Translations under genes and position numbers: made by a program
Origin: Ginglymostoma cirratum
Taxonomy: Eukaryota
Assembly (NCBI GenBank): GCA_024137785.1
Contig: JAHRHZ010000031.1
Span: 7,512,535-7,576,534 of the forward strand
DNA: 64,000 nucleotides
Direction: 5' to 3'
Part shown: positions 1 through 13,440 of the stretch, piece after piece
Layout: each line of letters opens with the position of its first letter
How positions within the stretch are numbered: position 1 is the first letter of the stretch
Notes under the pieces: model-generated
The model's database searches: none
What the model was told of the DNA's origin: nothing
The model's input: the letters and a program-made list of their open reading frames with translations, nothing else

Positions 1-487
1 TCTACTTGCCTGAATGAGTACAGCTCCAAAAACATTTAAGAAGCTTGACACTCTCCAGAAAAAAGCAGCCTGCTTGATTGGTACCACTTCCATAAATATT
101 GACTCACCCTACCACTGCCGGAGCAACGGTGTGTACTATCAGAAAGATGCAGTGCAGGAATTCACAGAGATTCCTTAGACAGCAGTCTCTGAACCCAGTG
201 CCACCCAGAAGGCCAATGGCACAGACATGGTGGTAGCACCATTACCTGCAAGTTTTCCTCCAAGTCACTCACCAACCTGACTTGGAAAGATACAACAATT
301 CTTTCAGCATCGCCGGGTCAAAACCCAGGAACTCCCGCCCGAATGGCTTTGTGGGTGTACCTAAACCATGTGGACTGCATGCTTCAAGAAGGCAGCTCAT
401 CACCATCTTCTCAAGGAGAATTAGGGATGGGCATGAAATGGTCATTCACCCAGCAAAGCCCACATCACATATATGAATAAAAAGAAA
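1..487 (+). mobile_element. L2/Crack-type LINE 3' fragment
   Basis: Degenerate LAWMS..P.T.KKLDT.Q.KAA.LI coding motif at the start. Ends in the family tail ttagggatgggca...cccacatc...tgaataaaaa. Confidence 0.7.
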
Positions 488-2659
488 ATCCAATGTGTTG
501 TATAAGGTTGTAAGGAGCTGAAATGGTTAATGATGAGGACCATTAAGCATCACCCATGACTATGAGATATTGACTTGTGGGAGAACAGCTTAGGATCCTG
601 AGGGAGGATCATTTCGGTCTTCTTCATGCCTTCTGTAAAAATGTCCATTGTATTAATGTAACTTACACATACTTGATGTCATTCAATAAACTATATTTTG
701 TTTAAGACATAAGTCCTTTCTTTGGATCATAAAAATTCTCTGTTTACCACACCTGACCAATTGGGTACTATAGATCCCTACAGAAAGAGTATGATGGCTG
801 CAAGTCAACCAGAATGCTTGCGCAAAATGATGAGCAGTGGTGAGTGTTGTATTATTGAATAGATGCTGGATCAGATAGGGCTGTACCTTTGAGGCAGTAA
901 CATACATTACAACATGTTTCCTTTGAAGGTGCCTGCTTTGCCTCCAGTCACTTTGTGCAACGGAGTCAATGTTGTCAGTCAGTTCTGTGTGTATAATACA
1001 CGGTAAGATCAGTAAACACAGAAGAGACAGTGTGTGTGTAAGGCTGTGATATTGTAGCCATATACATATTGTTGTATTTAATTTCAGGATACCTGACTCA
1101 ACAAGAACACAGGTTTCTTGGTGTATGTTGCAGGTCTAACATTTAGAAAACAGCAAAGCACAGCAATGAGAATTCATTTTTCAACAAGATTCACCTTACT
1201 GATAATGGAGGAGATATTAGGGCACTCGCTCAAAGAGTTTAGGATTACACAGCATCTTAAAAGGAGAGAGAGGTGGAGGCAGAGGTTTGTGGTGGGAGCT
1301 CCAGACCTTAGTGCTCAGAAGGTGAAGAAACATCCACCAGTGGAAAATAAGGAAAGTGAGAAGGCAGGACAGCACCAGTCGAGCTCGATAAAGGAAGATG
1401 CCAAGCAGCCATCCTTGCGACCGTTACGCCTATTTTTCAAGTCATTTTGCACTTTTGAAGTTTGCGTTACAGGAAAAAGACAGGTCAGACCAGTTCACAG
1501 AGGTATTAGAAAATACAAGTGACCACTTGTCTCGGGGGAAAAGCCGTGTTTACACTTTGGGGATGTTCAAAATCATTATTTGGAACACAAGGTGGATATA
1601 GAAAGCAGAAATAAGTAAAACTGGCTAATTATAAGACAAGGAGCTTTGATTTGGTTGTAAAACAGAACAGGACTACACTCTACAATACACCAATGTTCTA
1701 ACTGCCACGACACAACTGCGCTTCATTTAACAAGTAACATCAACAATTGCACATCCAAATGTAATGTAGGACTAAGGGAAAACACTCAAAATAGGAGACA
1801 ATAATATTTTTGGAATCTTGCGGCGGTTACAAGGACTTTGTTACTAGCAGTAAAACTGACAAGGGCTACTTGTTACCTCTTTTGACACAGACACACCGTA
1901 TCGTGCACAACTGAGGCATACGACAGGCCAGCAGTCCACTGGTATCAATGAACTCTCGGGACAAAAGGTCCTGCATACCAAGAGCTGCTGGTCAATCAGA
2001 TGGAAGCAGTTTCATTGAGCAATTGTGCCACTGATCAGGTGGCGGCTGCTGCTGGTAAGACACCAAGAGAAGGGACAACATCATCACTGGATCAAGGCCA
2101 CAGCTGACTTGATGATGGCACTGGGAACACGGATGAAGATCTGGGAAAGGGGATGGAGAAATCTGAATGGTTAGTAGCAGTGAGATGAGGCCCTTCAATC
2201 CTCATTCATTACCCACTTAAGGGCTTTAATTGTCAGTGGGTTAAGTTGGCTGTCCAGCTGCTTTCCTGCTACTGACTTAGTCGAGAAGGGCAAAACATTG
2301 CACCAAACGAATGAGAAACACAAGAGAAGCTAAATTTGTGGAGATTGGATTTTTCCTGTGTTCTGAATCACCTGTTATTATCATTCATATTGCAAAATGC
2401 TGTTCACTTCAATGTTCACAACTCAGATAGAATTAGACTTGACAGTAATCCATTCTAAAATTAATAGCATGTATTTTCTACTTTGATAAATTTTCTAAAT
2501 TATACAATAGAAGCAGCTAATATTGCTGAATAAGATTGAAAATATGCAGCAAATAATTCACAGAATATCTCTTTAATTATATTCCTGCACTCAGAAAATG
2601 TAGTTGACAAATAAACTGTCAACTGAATCAAGACATTAATCTACGCTAACTACAAGGTA

Positions 2660-2940
2660 TCATTCTATTTATTCATTCACGGAATGTGGGCGTCACTGAC
2701 TTGAACAGCATTTATTGCACATCCTTAATTGACTTTGAGGTGGTGATGGTGGGCTGCCTTGTGAACTCTTGCAGTCCATGTGGCGTAGGCACATATAATG
2801 CTGTTAGGGGGTGAGTTCCAGGATTTTGGCCCAGCAACAGTGAAGGGATTGCAATATAGCTACAAGTTAAGATGGTGCGAAGCTTGGGGAAATTGCTAGT
2901 AGTGGTGTTCCCATTAATCTGGTGCCCCGGTCCTTCTGAC
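2660..2940 (-). mobile_element. L2/Crack-type LINE 3' fragment
   Basis: Reverse complement of the same tail (tttattcattcacggaatgtgggcgtc...cagcatttattgc). Confidence 0.65.
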
Positions 2941-4439
2941 TTAACTTGTCAATTTGAAGTTTATTTCTGGGTTTATTTAATGGGCATGTTTAGAGAATAT
3001 GGAAGCACACGAAGCACATAGAGGGCTGGAGTGAATGACACATGCAGAACCATCGACATTTGGGAATGGCGGCAAGAGTGGGATGGGAGTGATTGGCAAA
3101 GAACAAAGAAAAGGTCAGAAGGTAAGCAGCCTAATGACAAAGTTGCCCGGGCTGGAAAGATTGTTTCCATGAGGGATCCAATGGAATTTATGGAGTTGGA
3201 TAGGTTGGTAAACAAAGGGTGGAAGGAATGGGATTGGACAGCACAGAAATGGTGGATGAGATACTGAAATTGATTAAGTATGGGAAAATGGCAGGAACAG
3301 TTAAATAACTCAACTTTTACTTAAAAGCTACAAATTAAGATTCATGAGATTTGAATAAAAATGCTTAAGAAAAGCCGCCAGGTGAAGAAAAAGAACACAC
3401 CCACAATAATTCCTTTGACAGAGCAGATGGTGACATTCTATACCATTCAGAATTTCTACACAGTCTAACTCTTGCGGGCGCGTCAGACAACAAACTTTAA
3501 ATGAAGGAAAGCATAGTTCTACTGTTACCATGAAATTTCAATCCAGAATAAGGACCTTTTCCTGGTACAAGATTGGTAGTTAAGAAACTATTTTCTGTAA
3601 TTATAGATGTTGATGTGACGGACATTTGCCAAGGAAGTAGTGTTTATCCCTCAAATTGTAATGAACCCATCAGATGTAAACCTGCCTTTACATCTTTGGA
3701 ACCAATTTCTAATTAGACTATCTTATTCTTTGGCTGTAAAGATGTTACATTGTCAGACTATTGACACAATTTGTAGTCATGACATATACTTAGGCCTGTT
3801 TTTATACATGAGCAGCTGAACGACACTACTTTTTTGAGTGAGACATTTCAGTTATATATTCTGATGAAGTCTCAGTTGAGAAAGTAGCTGGAAACCATGC
3901 ATTTGAGGAAATAATGTCTTGGAGATACTCATTCGATTGTAAACTTTTGCTGGTTTTTACTAGTTGTATAATAACGTTGTTTCTGATCATGAACCTTCCT
4001 CGAGTTTTCTTTTTCCTATGTCAACTGTCTGGGAAGCAAATGGATTTCATTCCTGACACACAAATTAGTCCTTAGCGGATTTACCCGGGCATCTAACTAT
4101 GTGGCCTGCCTATCTGAGAGCTGTCGACAGACCTGGGATCCAGTGCTTTTTCCATTTTGTGGCCTCCAGTAAAGGAAAGGGAGGTAATGTTGTTTGATGG
4201 CAGGATTATCCAAGCTTGCTGGATTTATATGGCCTACTTTTAGCTATACAGTGAGTTCCATGAATCTCACCATGGCAGCCCTAGTAAAATGTAACTATTT
4301 GATAGAATCATTTATTTACCAATTTACTTTCCTTTGAGTGAGAAAATAAATGATTTCGACTTGCCATGTGTGATGTGACTGAAATGAACCACCTGTGGTA
4401 AGCAAAAGGCATAGCAAAATGTCAATTACATTAAATAAA

Positions 4440-4865
4440 ACAAAAAACTTTCAATTCTAGAACTCATTTTATGACCTCAAAACATCCCAAGTACTTTATG
4501 GGCAATGGAGTCCTTTAATAGGACAGTTACTACCGTCATGTAATGAAAGGTGGGAAACATATCTGTATACATCATACTCACACAAACAGAAATGATAAAC
4601 ATGACTAGATATTCTAGCTTAATGATACTTGTTGCAACATAAATTTATGGACATGAATCCAATGCTGATGTTTAAATGGTACTATGACTTCTTTCACATT
4701 TATTGTTTTACATCACAGATTGTTTTATATCACAACTCAAGAGGATTACCTCTGATGGTCTCACTTGAAGTGTAACATTAGATTGCACGTTCAGGTCTTG
4801 ACCTGAGGAATAAATCCACGTTCTTCTAACACGAAACTGATAATGTTATCCCTGAGTCAAGGTGG
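4440..4865 (-). mobile_element. Old DeuSINE/SacSINE-like SINE remnant
   Basis: aacatcccaag...cacaaacagaaatgata...ctgagtcaag pattern, shared with 7400-7635 and with 28795-28960 plus 31320-31482. Confidence 0.45.
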
Positions 4866-5550
4866 AATTCTTTCCTCAATATTTTGTTTCTGATATTGTT
4901 TGCAGATAATAGTCTCCTGGGGATCTCGTGCAATCATCGTCATCTATGTTAGTTTGGCAGCAGATTCATACAGGATAGCTGGAATATGCATCGAACAAGA
5001 CAAAACTAGAGGCCAACTGTACAAGATACTCAACAAGAAATACAACAGTGAATTCAGAAGTAACACGTTTGCTTTGTGAGTGATAACAATGTGGAACTCA
5101 TTACTGCAGGGACTGGCCGAGGGAAACAGATGCATCTCAGAGGAAGATGGACAAACCCATACAGAAGAAGGAATACAAGGTAACAATGATAGATGAGGAA
5201 AAACAGAAGGAGATTGAAAAGGAACATAACCATCAGCATGGATCTGCTGGGCTGACTGGCCTGACGCCACGCCATATATCAGATATAAAAACATTTTGGA
5301 GTATCACGTCACAGAAATCCCGAACAGATAAATCTTGCTGCCAGCGTGCTTACATACTTGTTCATAAATCTTTAAACCCATCACCACTGTGTAATTGTGA
5401 TTTCCAATAACACAACAGATGGAATACTGGACATAGCTGCAAAATAAAAGCTGCCTTACTACACTTGTACTAGAATCAACTCTCAGACGTCACAGCTCAT
5501 GCCACTGGTTTACAGATTTCACAGAATAAACAAGCTGGACTGCAGAATAT

Positions 5551-6492
5551 AGAGTCATAGAGTTGTACAGCACAGAAACAGATCCTTCTGTCCAACTCCT
5601 CCAGGCCATCCAGATATCCTAATCTGATCTGGTCCCATTTGCCAGCATTTGGCCCATATCCCTCTAAATCCTTCCTATTCACGTATCCATCCAGTTGCCT
5701 TTTAAATGTTGTAATTGTACCAACCTCCACTAGCTCATTCCATACACACACCACCTTCTGCATGAAAAGGTTGCCCATCAGGTCCCTTTTATATCTTTCC
5801 CCTTTCACCTTAAACTTATGTCCTTTAGTTTTGGACTCTCCTATCCTGGGAAAAAGACTTTGGCTATTCACCCTATCCATGCCCCTCATGATTTTATAAA
5901 TTTTTTTTAGGTCACCCCTCAGACTCCAACTCTCCAAGGAAAATATCCCCAGCTTATTCAGCTTCTCCCTATAGCTCAAACCCTCCAACCCTGGCAGAAT
6001 CCTTGTAAATCTTTTCTGCAACCTTTCAAGTCTAACAACATCTTTCCTACAGCAGGGAGACCAGAATTGAGTGTACTATTCCAAAAGCAGCCTAACCAAC
6101 GTCCTGTACACTCTCAACATGACACGCCAACTCCTTAAATCAATGCACTGACCAATAAAGGCAAGTGTAGCAATGCCTTCTTCACTACTCTGTCTACCTC
6201 TGACTTCACCTTCAAGGAAGAATGAACCTGCACCCCAAGATCTCTTTGTTTGGCAACATTGCCCAGGATCCCAGCCTATAAGTGTATGGGTCTTACCTTG
6301 ATTTGCCTTACCAAAATGCAATACCTCACGTTTATCTGTATTAAACTCCACCTGCCACTCCCCAATCCATTGGCCCATCTGATCAAGGTCCCGTTGCTCT
6401 GTGAGATAACGTTCTTCATTGCCCACTACACCACCAATTTTGGTGCCATCTGCAAACTTACTAACCATGCCTCTTATATTCACATCCAAATC
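5551..6492 (-). mobile_element. CR1-clade (HER1-like) LINE, 5'-truncated, RT C-terminus and 3' UTR
   Basis: ORF remnants SKFADGTKIGGVV...QRDLDQMGQW, YRTLVRLLLE and QKRFTRILPGLEGLSYREKL...LFSLE..LRGDL. Ends in a ctatgactct tail. Confidence 0.92.
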
Positions 6493-6675
6493 TGATACCA
6501 AAATACAATGAGAAATCCTGAAAGCTAACATAAAAATTGGAATTCAACCAATGTGGTTAAGTACAAAGCGTGGCTTCAGCCATAGACGTTTATTCAAGGC
6601 CATTCTTCAGTTTTGTGTCATTTTCAAATTGTTGGGTTTTGGGGTCCACCAAGGTATAAGGCAGGAGTGTGGTAG

Positions 6676-6965
6676 TTATCATTGTCTTGCCTGGATGAGT
6701 TCAGTTCCAAAAACACTTAAGAAATTAGACACAATCTAAGATAAAGCAGCCTGCTTGGTTCAGATCACACTCAACATGCAGTTCCCTTCACACACAGTGG
6801 CAGCAGCGTGTACCATCTTACAACATGTACTGCAGAAACTCACCAATAATCCTTTGACAGCAACCTCTACCACTGAGATCAAGAAGAATAGCAGACAAGG
6901 GCATGGGAACACCATGACCTACGCATTGTCCTCCAAGTCACACACCAAATGGGAGTCTATAAATG
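6676..6965 (+). mobile_element. L2/Crack-type LINE fragment
   Basis: Encodes LAWMSSVPKTLKKLDTI*DKAACL. Confidence 0.7.
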
Positions 6966-7159
6966 TTCTTTCTTTTAATGAGGTGGTTATTTTTGAAAAT
7001 TAAGTGGAGGTGGTCTGTGAGAGAGTGTTCACCAAGTGGCTTCTGTAGCTGGCATCAGGTTCTACCTTGCAGCTTCTTCAAGCACCCTTCAGTGGATCCC
7101 TTGATGAGCGTCAGACTTGTTCTTTAGAAAGAGAAGCTGGAAGCCCTAACTGTTTATGA

Positions 7160-7380
7160 TATCGAATCATAGAATCCTTGCAGTACTAAATAGGCAATTC
7201 GGTCCATCGAGTCCGCATTGACCCTTGAAAGGGCATTCCACCGAGACTCAGTCTCTTGCTCTATGTCTGTAATCCCGCATTTTATCCTGGCTAATCTACT
7301 TTGCCTGCACATCCCTAGACACTGCGGACAATTTAGCATGGCCAATCCGCCTAATCTGCATATTCTTGGATTTTGGAAAG
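7160..7380 (-). mobile_element. HE1-type V-SINE 3' part
   Basis: Reverse complement similar to 33600-33772 (aatttagcatggccaatcc, gattctatg tail). Confidence 0.75.
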
Positions 7381-7399
7381 CCAAAGTCGAAATTTGGGA

Positions 7400-7635
7400 A
7401 TGCAATTTTCACACAGCAAACACCTACAAACAGCAACGTGATAATAATCAGATTGTCTGATTGTGCGACATGGATTCATGAAGAAATAGTGGAGAGTGGT
7501 GATAATTCTTCTTCTCTTCTTTGAAACAGTGCCGCAGAGTCTTTAATGTTGATCTGAAAACACAGACATGACCTTGGTCTCATGTCACACTCAAAAGACA
7601 GTGCAGCACTTTACTCAATGCCAACTGAGCCATAG
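7400..7635 (-). mobile_element. DeuSINE-like SINE remnant
   Basis: cacacagcaa...acaaacagcaacgtgataat...ccaactgagcca. Confidence 0.5.
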
Positions 7636-7658
7636 CTGACCAGGACAGTGCAAGTAAG

Positions 7659-8027
7659 TTTTTCTTTCCCCTTTACTCATTAATGGGATGAGGGCGTCCC
7701 TGGCTAGGCAGCGTTTATTCCCCATCCCTAATTGCCCAGGGGACAGTTAAGACTCAACCACATTGCTGTGGGTCTGGAGTCACATGTAGGCCAGACCAGG
7801 TAAGGATGGCAGTTTCCTTCCCTAAAGGACTTCAGTGAACCAGGTGGGTTTTTTCCCGACAATCAGCAATGGATTTGTGGCCATCATGAAGTTCTTGATT
7901 ACAGATATTTCATCGAATTCAAATTCCACTATCTGCTGTGGCAGGATTCGAACCCGGGTCCCCAGAATGTTATCTGGGTCTCTGGATTAACAGTCCAGCA
8001 ATAATACCACTAGGTCATTGTCTCCCC
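7659..8027 (-). mobile_element. tRNA-derived SINE with L2/Crack-type 3' tail, near full length
   Basis: Minus strand starts ggggagacaatgacctagtggtatt (A-box-like) and has ccgggttcgaatcc (B box). The 3' end gggcaattagggatgggg matches the LINE tail at 420-487. Confidence 0.85.
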
Positions 8028-10039
8028 TAATGACCACAGTAAAAATAACAAGCAATAGATTGAAACTATCACAAAGATGCACTCTCTTCCTTTTAAACCT
8101 CACGAAACACCATCAGATGATAAACCTTAGAAACACTTCATGATAATATCAAGACTGTATTAAATTGTGTACACTTACTTACAGTGGTTTCAAGAAACAC
8201 TAGCATCCATTTGAGTAAAATAATTTTTTTTGATAGTGTTTGTTGGATTTCTACTGAAGGTTACAGAATCAACAGCACATGGTTCTCAGATTTAAATTAG
8301 GGCAACTGTAGTTTTGTTATCTCAGACTCCAGCATTGGCAGTTCCTACTATCTCTGTAATTTAGTGTATATTTTTTATATAGATAATATAGACGCAAGTT
8401 AAATACTTCACAAATAGTATAATTGTTTTTGCACAATAAGGTTATCCAACACAAGTGTTATTGTTCTTGTGGTACATTAAATTATGGATGGTTAGCAATA
8501 TTATAAAAGTAATTTCTTCCAGTTCAGATGATATCCTAAATTGTGAAAGAAATGCACAATGATTTACAATTGTCATCTGAACTCCGAGATTAAATTACAC
8601 TCCTGCTTACTTATCATACAGAATTCTCTCATAAAATCGACTACAGCCTCAGGAAAGTGAAGATGGCACTGAAATCACACAGCGCTATAAGTAACGATGG
8701 CAATATCACCACTAATAGGAAGGAAAGATATTTTCTGATCTTTGTGTTGTGCCACAGGCAGCTCATCAGTAGTTCACTCAAGCAGACTCTAAGGTAATGC
8801 ATGTTGGTCACGAAATTTCTTTGGAAGGAGTGGAGGTACCATCCCCACCAAAGAACCTGGATGCACTTTCCAGCAAGAAATCATTGGATAGCAATCAGAA
8901 GCACAAACTTTGCATTTAGTTTTCGGTTTAGGCATGGACTACTGCATTTGCCATCTTAACCAACAGGGATGCTGGGTCGTGGTTCTGACGTAGGGTTACT
9001 TGGCAATTAAAAGCTTAACGCTGACACAATAAGTGGCTCAATTCTTCATACACCAAGTCATTTTCACGAGAAGTCTCCTCAAGGCAGGAAGCGAAGGCAA
9101 GTGATTTGTTGTCTCACAAATATCTTTTTTTACGATGCACAATTGTACAATCCAAGTACTACACAGTTTTGCACTTACAAGTCTGAAGTGTAGCCAGAGT
9201 GCCAACTGCCTACATTGATTAGTCTAAAGAAAAAATGATATTGAAAGAACAGGGAACCACAGTCTAAACCAAAGACAACACATGGAAAGTTTTTTAGAAA
9301 ACACATCATAAAGTATATCCTCATTGAGATGCTCCATAAAAAAATCATTGCTGAACTATTCTTTTATTGCTTTTCAACCAAGTGAGGTCTATTACAAGTA
9401 TTAGTGTGGTCATCATATAAATGTTGGCTTTCGAAGTTTGGCAGCACTGTCATTGTAACTTTCAGAAGACTAGTTAAATCCAATCACTACCTTCTGGCAT
9501 GATTCTAGGATTTGCTTTTTTTAAGGGAAGAAAGGGACAATATTTCAATTTGTTTTCTTCAACATGAAGGGTTTTGTCTTGTAATTCAAAGTAAACATAA
9601 TCATATACATTGGATTCTTCTGCAAAACAGGAGTACGTGTTTACTTAGATCAATTGAAATTTTATTTTTTTTGAGAAAGGACTGAGTTGCAGACAAGAGC
9701 AGTTTGAACTTTCAAGACAAGTGCAGAAAGGCATCAAGTAAAATTCCCTGGTGTGCTGTTTCAGCACAGTCATTAACCCTGCGCTAGAATGGTATACTAA
9801 GTAATTTCATATGAATATCTTAATCAGTATACTACCAGAAGTAATTAAGCTTCATTAACAGTGATTACTCTGTGCAGCAGAGGGTTCAATCCATCAGCAA
9901 AGAGAAAAATTTGCAACTGATTCTTTAAGCCTTAGTACATCAATACTGAAGGTCATAGTTCCACCACAAAGTAGTCCATCAAGGTGGCTAAATGACAAAA
10001 TTGTGCAATAGTTAAAATTAGTCAGGACAAAGTACTTAC

Positions 10040-10212
10040 ATTTGCCTATCATGGTACATCTTGTTTACATTTTCCCATTTAGCATCAAGCTGATCCAATG
10101 CATCCTGTATGTGTTCAGCTTCTGTATAAGGGATGGTCTGTAGAGCTGCAGGTTTCTTGCTGTGTACTGCTTCTACTCTGTCTGAAAGTTTCTCCAAGCT
10201 CCTTTTTATGTT
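10040..10212 (-). CDS. DMD: Dystrophin exon 43 homolog (173 nt, phase 0-2)
   Basis: ctgcag|AACATA...GCAAAT|gtaagt. Translates NIKRSLEKLSDRVEAVHSKKPAALQTIPYTEAEHIQDALDQLDAKWENVNKMYHDRQ. Same length and phase as human exon 43. Confidence 0.95.
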
Positions 10213-10379
10213 CTGCAGTTCAGAAAACAGGTTTCAAAAAAAAATTAATTGTACACTTGTGACTCATGATAAGGAGGTTTATAAATATTGAGAGTACTGT
10301 AAGCCTAATCAACAAAAAAGGATAATCAAAATGTCCTTACAATGATTTTCTTTTAAAGTAAATTCAACCCATTAGCAAC

Positions 10380-10715
10380 ACTGATGTCAAGGCAATATGA
10401 TTGTACAATGCTTTAGGGACACAGATCCAAATCCCAGTATGGCAGCTGCTTGAACATAAAGCTAAGTCTTTGTAACGGTGACTATGGAACTATCTTCAAA
10501 TATAGTAACTCAGCCATTTGGCGTACTGATATTCTTCAGGGAAGGAAATCTGCCACCTTCTCCCAGTTTGCCCGACATATGATTGCAATGCTACAGCAAA
10601 GTAGCTTACTCTGAATTACCCTTGAAAATGATTCTTGTAAGCTGCTCAGTAAGAGGTCATTAATGGGCAACAATCGCTGCCCTTACTATTGACATGCATC
10701 CCATGAAAAAGCAAT
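10380..10715 (+). mobile_element. Old tRNA-derived SINE with L2-type tail
   Basis: ttcagggaaggaaatctgcc...atgggcaacaatcgctgccctt...catcccatgaaaaa. Confidence 0.55.
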
Positions 10716-11018
10716 TTTTTTTTAACAAATGATTATTTTTGGAAGGAGAATTGTTGCTGCAATCACAACTGTTGTAAATAAAAGATGACGACTGACGATT
10801 TGAGAAGACAGTACCAATTTTCAGTACTATCAGAAACAAGCCTTTTAAAAATTAGACAAGGGACAGCAGTGCTAAACAGTCGGAAAGGTCAGACTCCAAG
10901 TTGAGCTCTGAAGCAAAGGGTCACAGATGACCATTTGGGGTCACACACTCCATGGAGCAATGGCAATTGTCATGGAGAGACTCTGGTGGACTATGATTGC
11001 CATCAAGGATCTGTTTTT

Positions 11019-11151
11019 NNNNNNNNNNNNNNNNNNNNNNNNNNNNNNNNNNNNNNNNNNNNNNNNNNNNNNNNNNNNNNNNNNNNNNNNNNNNNNNNNN
11101 NNNNNNNNNNNNNNNNNNNNNNNNNNNNNNNNNNNNNNNNNNNNNNNNNNN
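11019..11151. other. Assembly gap (133 N)
   Basis: Run of n characters. Confidence 0.99.
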
Positions 11152-11789
11152 GGTCCCATCAAAATCTTCAAAATGGTTCTATATAAAACCACCGGTCCTC
11201 CATTTTGGAAAGTACTGGTTTAAAAAGCAATGTTCTCATTGCTGGTTGGAAATTAGAGCAAAATGTGTTTTCTCACACACCTAATTTATCTCTGGTCAGA
11301 TTCTCTTGTTTCATGATTTGTTTGTACAAAATCAATATTCTCCTTCTGCTTACAGAATCTGTCAATAAACCATTCCAGATGTATTTTTCTTCAGAATATG
11401 TTACGTGTTTTTTAAATAAATGGACTGTTGAGATTTTGGATATATTTCCTACTCCTTGTGGTGCTAATGAGAAGTATCACTAATTCTGGTTTTAAGTATT
11501 TTTGTAAACTAAATTTGGCAATTTGAAAGAGGTCAACCAAAAGCAAGTGAAAGCTTTAGAAACCCCTAATCACACTGTGTCGGCTTCAAAACTTCATTGA
11601 TCAAAAAGTCTCCTGCAAGGTAACTATTCAGATGATTTTCTTTTCCATCATTAATGGATAAACAGCTTTAAAATTTCCAACAGTAATTTGACTAGGTTTA
11701 ACTGATTAAATGCAAAAGCTTAAACTACAACAGCGCACTGGCCTAACAAGGCTGAATTTTATGATCTCTTGGACAATGGGAATGGTATA

Positions 11790-13440
11790 ACTATCTTCAG
11801 TTGTTTCATTCATGATCTTCCCTCACGTTCACAGATGTCTGAACTGTCTTCAGTTCTATTCACAACTCCTCAGATGATGGGCTGAATCTTTTGAGAAGTA
11901 GCAATCTCCATCAGACTGCCAATCCGCTCCTTTTCCCTGCCTTTGTTCAGACATTACTCATTTCTGCTCTGTATTTCCAAACCAGATCTCTTGAAAAGTG
12001 CAGAACATACCTGTTTTAGGACTCAATTTTCCCATCGTTACATCATCAAGGAAATTCAAACTATGCCACCTTTCATGATACGGTCTGGAATACTTTTAGA
12101 TCTCAAGGTCAGATTGGAATTTTGACAAGCAATGGAGAAAAATATTTTGCTTGTAAGGTATGTGGGTGAGGGAGTACTGTCAGGTTATAATGTCAGAAAT
12201 AGGTTGGGATGTAAAAAGTTGATTGCCCTATAGGGGAAGGGGATAAGGTGGAAGGTGGGTCCATGAGGGGGCAGACTGGCAGATGGGTGGGTAAAAGGGT
12301 TGGTTAGCAGATGGATCAGGGCCACATGGTGAGAGTTGGGCTAGTTTGGGAGTTTGAGGGAAGTCAGGCCAGAAAATAATGTCTCAGTTAAGGTCTGGGG
12401 GTGGGGGAGAAGGCGGTGAGCTGCTGTTGGTAGGAGTAGTTGGTTGAGGTCCAATCAGGTCAGGGTCAGTGGGGTTGGGTTGGGGTAGCACATATTGGAT
12501 TGAGGGAGTCAGGGGTTCAATTTTACAGTCACCCAGGAGTAAGAGCAGGTTTTAATCCCTCTAAATTTTCCTGGATAACTACTTAGGTAAACAAACTGGA
12601 ACTTTCCAAAGACTCTGACTTGAACTCAGCATTAGAGATTTTTAAAGTGTTCTAGATAGCACGTAAATCTCCCATTGGAAGTTCCCAGCTAGTTAGTCGG
12701 TCAGGAATTCTCAGGGACACTGTAGTGCATCTTTCAGAATATGACTGTCTTCCAAACAAAAGATCTGGGCCAATGAAGCAGTCTGCACCCATGTGCACAA
12801 AGAATTGGACAACATACAGGCTCAGGCTGAAGGAAGGCAAATAAGATGTGTGCCACAAAAATGTGAGGCAGTGTCCATCTCAAGCAAGAAACTGTCTAAC
12901 AACAATCTTGCCATGACATTCAAAGACATTACCACCCCCTCCTGGGTCTAGCTATTTAAACACTGTTGCTGTAACAGCAGGTCAGAGACAGGGAACTCTG
13001 TGGGGTGTGCGGCTGATCTCCTGACTGCTTCAATATTTCCAACATCTACAAGGCACAAATAAAGAGTGTGGCAATGTATTCCCAGTTTTCGGGCATTAGT
13101 GCAGCTCCAACACACTGAAGAAGCATGGCACCATTCCAGGACAAAGGAATCTTCGTCACTGGCAGTCCATCTATCACCTTGAAAACTCAATCCCTGCTCC
13201 CACCGGTGCACTAGAGCTCCTCGTAAACTCAAAAACTTTGGACTGCCTTAGAATGGAATGACTTCTTGTTCCTTCACTATCATTGGGTCAAATTCCTGAA
13301 ACTCCCTTTCTAAAGGGCTGTGGGTGCACCTACACCATAATGATTACAAAGGTTGAACAAGCTGGTTCACCACCAACTTGTCCAGTGCAGCAAGAAATGG
13401 GCAATAAAGGCTGGCCTTAGCAGCATTTGCCACATTTAAC
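11790..13440 (+). mobile_element. L2/Crack-type LINE fragment interrupted by a DNA-transposon insertion
   Basis: LINE RT sequence (aactcctcagat | aatgaagcagtc...ctggacaacat-like) continues on both sides of 11879-12771. Family tail present near 13400-13435. Confidence 0.7.
11879..12771. mobile_element. Non-autonomous DNA transposon (Harbinger-type MITE)
   Basis: Imperfect TIRs GGGCTGAATCTTTT / AAAAGATCTGGGCC, 3-bp near-duplication gat/aat, and it splits a LINE. Confidence 0.55.

Noticed and set aside
5497-6531. ORFs of 174 and 151 aa as host genes
   Set aside because: They are frameshifted CR1 reverse transcriptase remnants.
10927-11284. ORFs spanning X runs
   Set aside because: Artefacts of the N gap.
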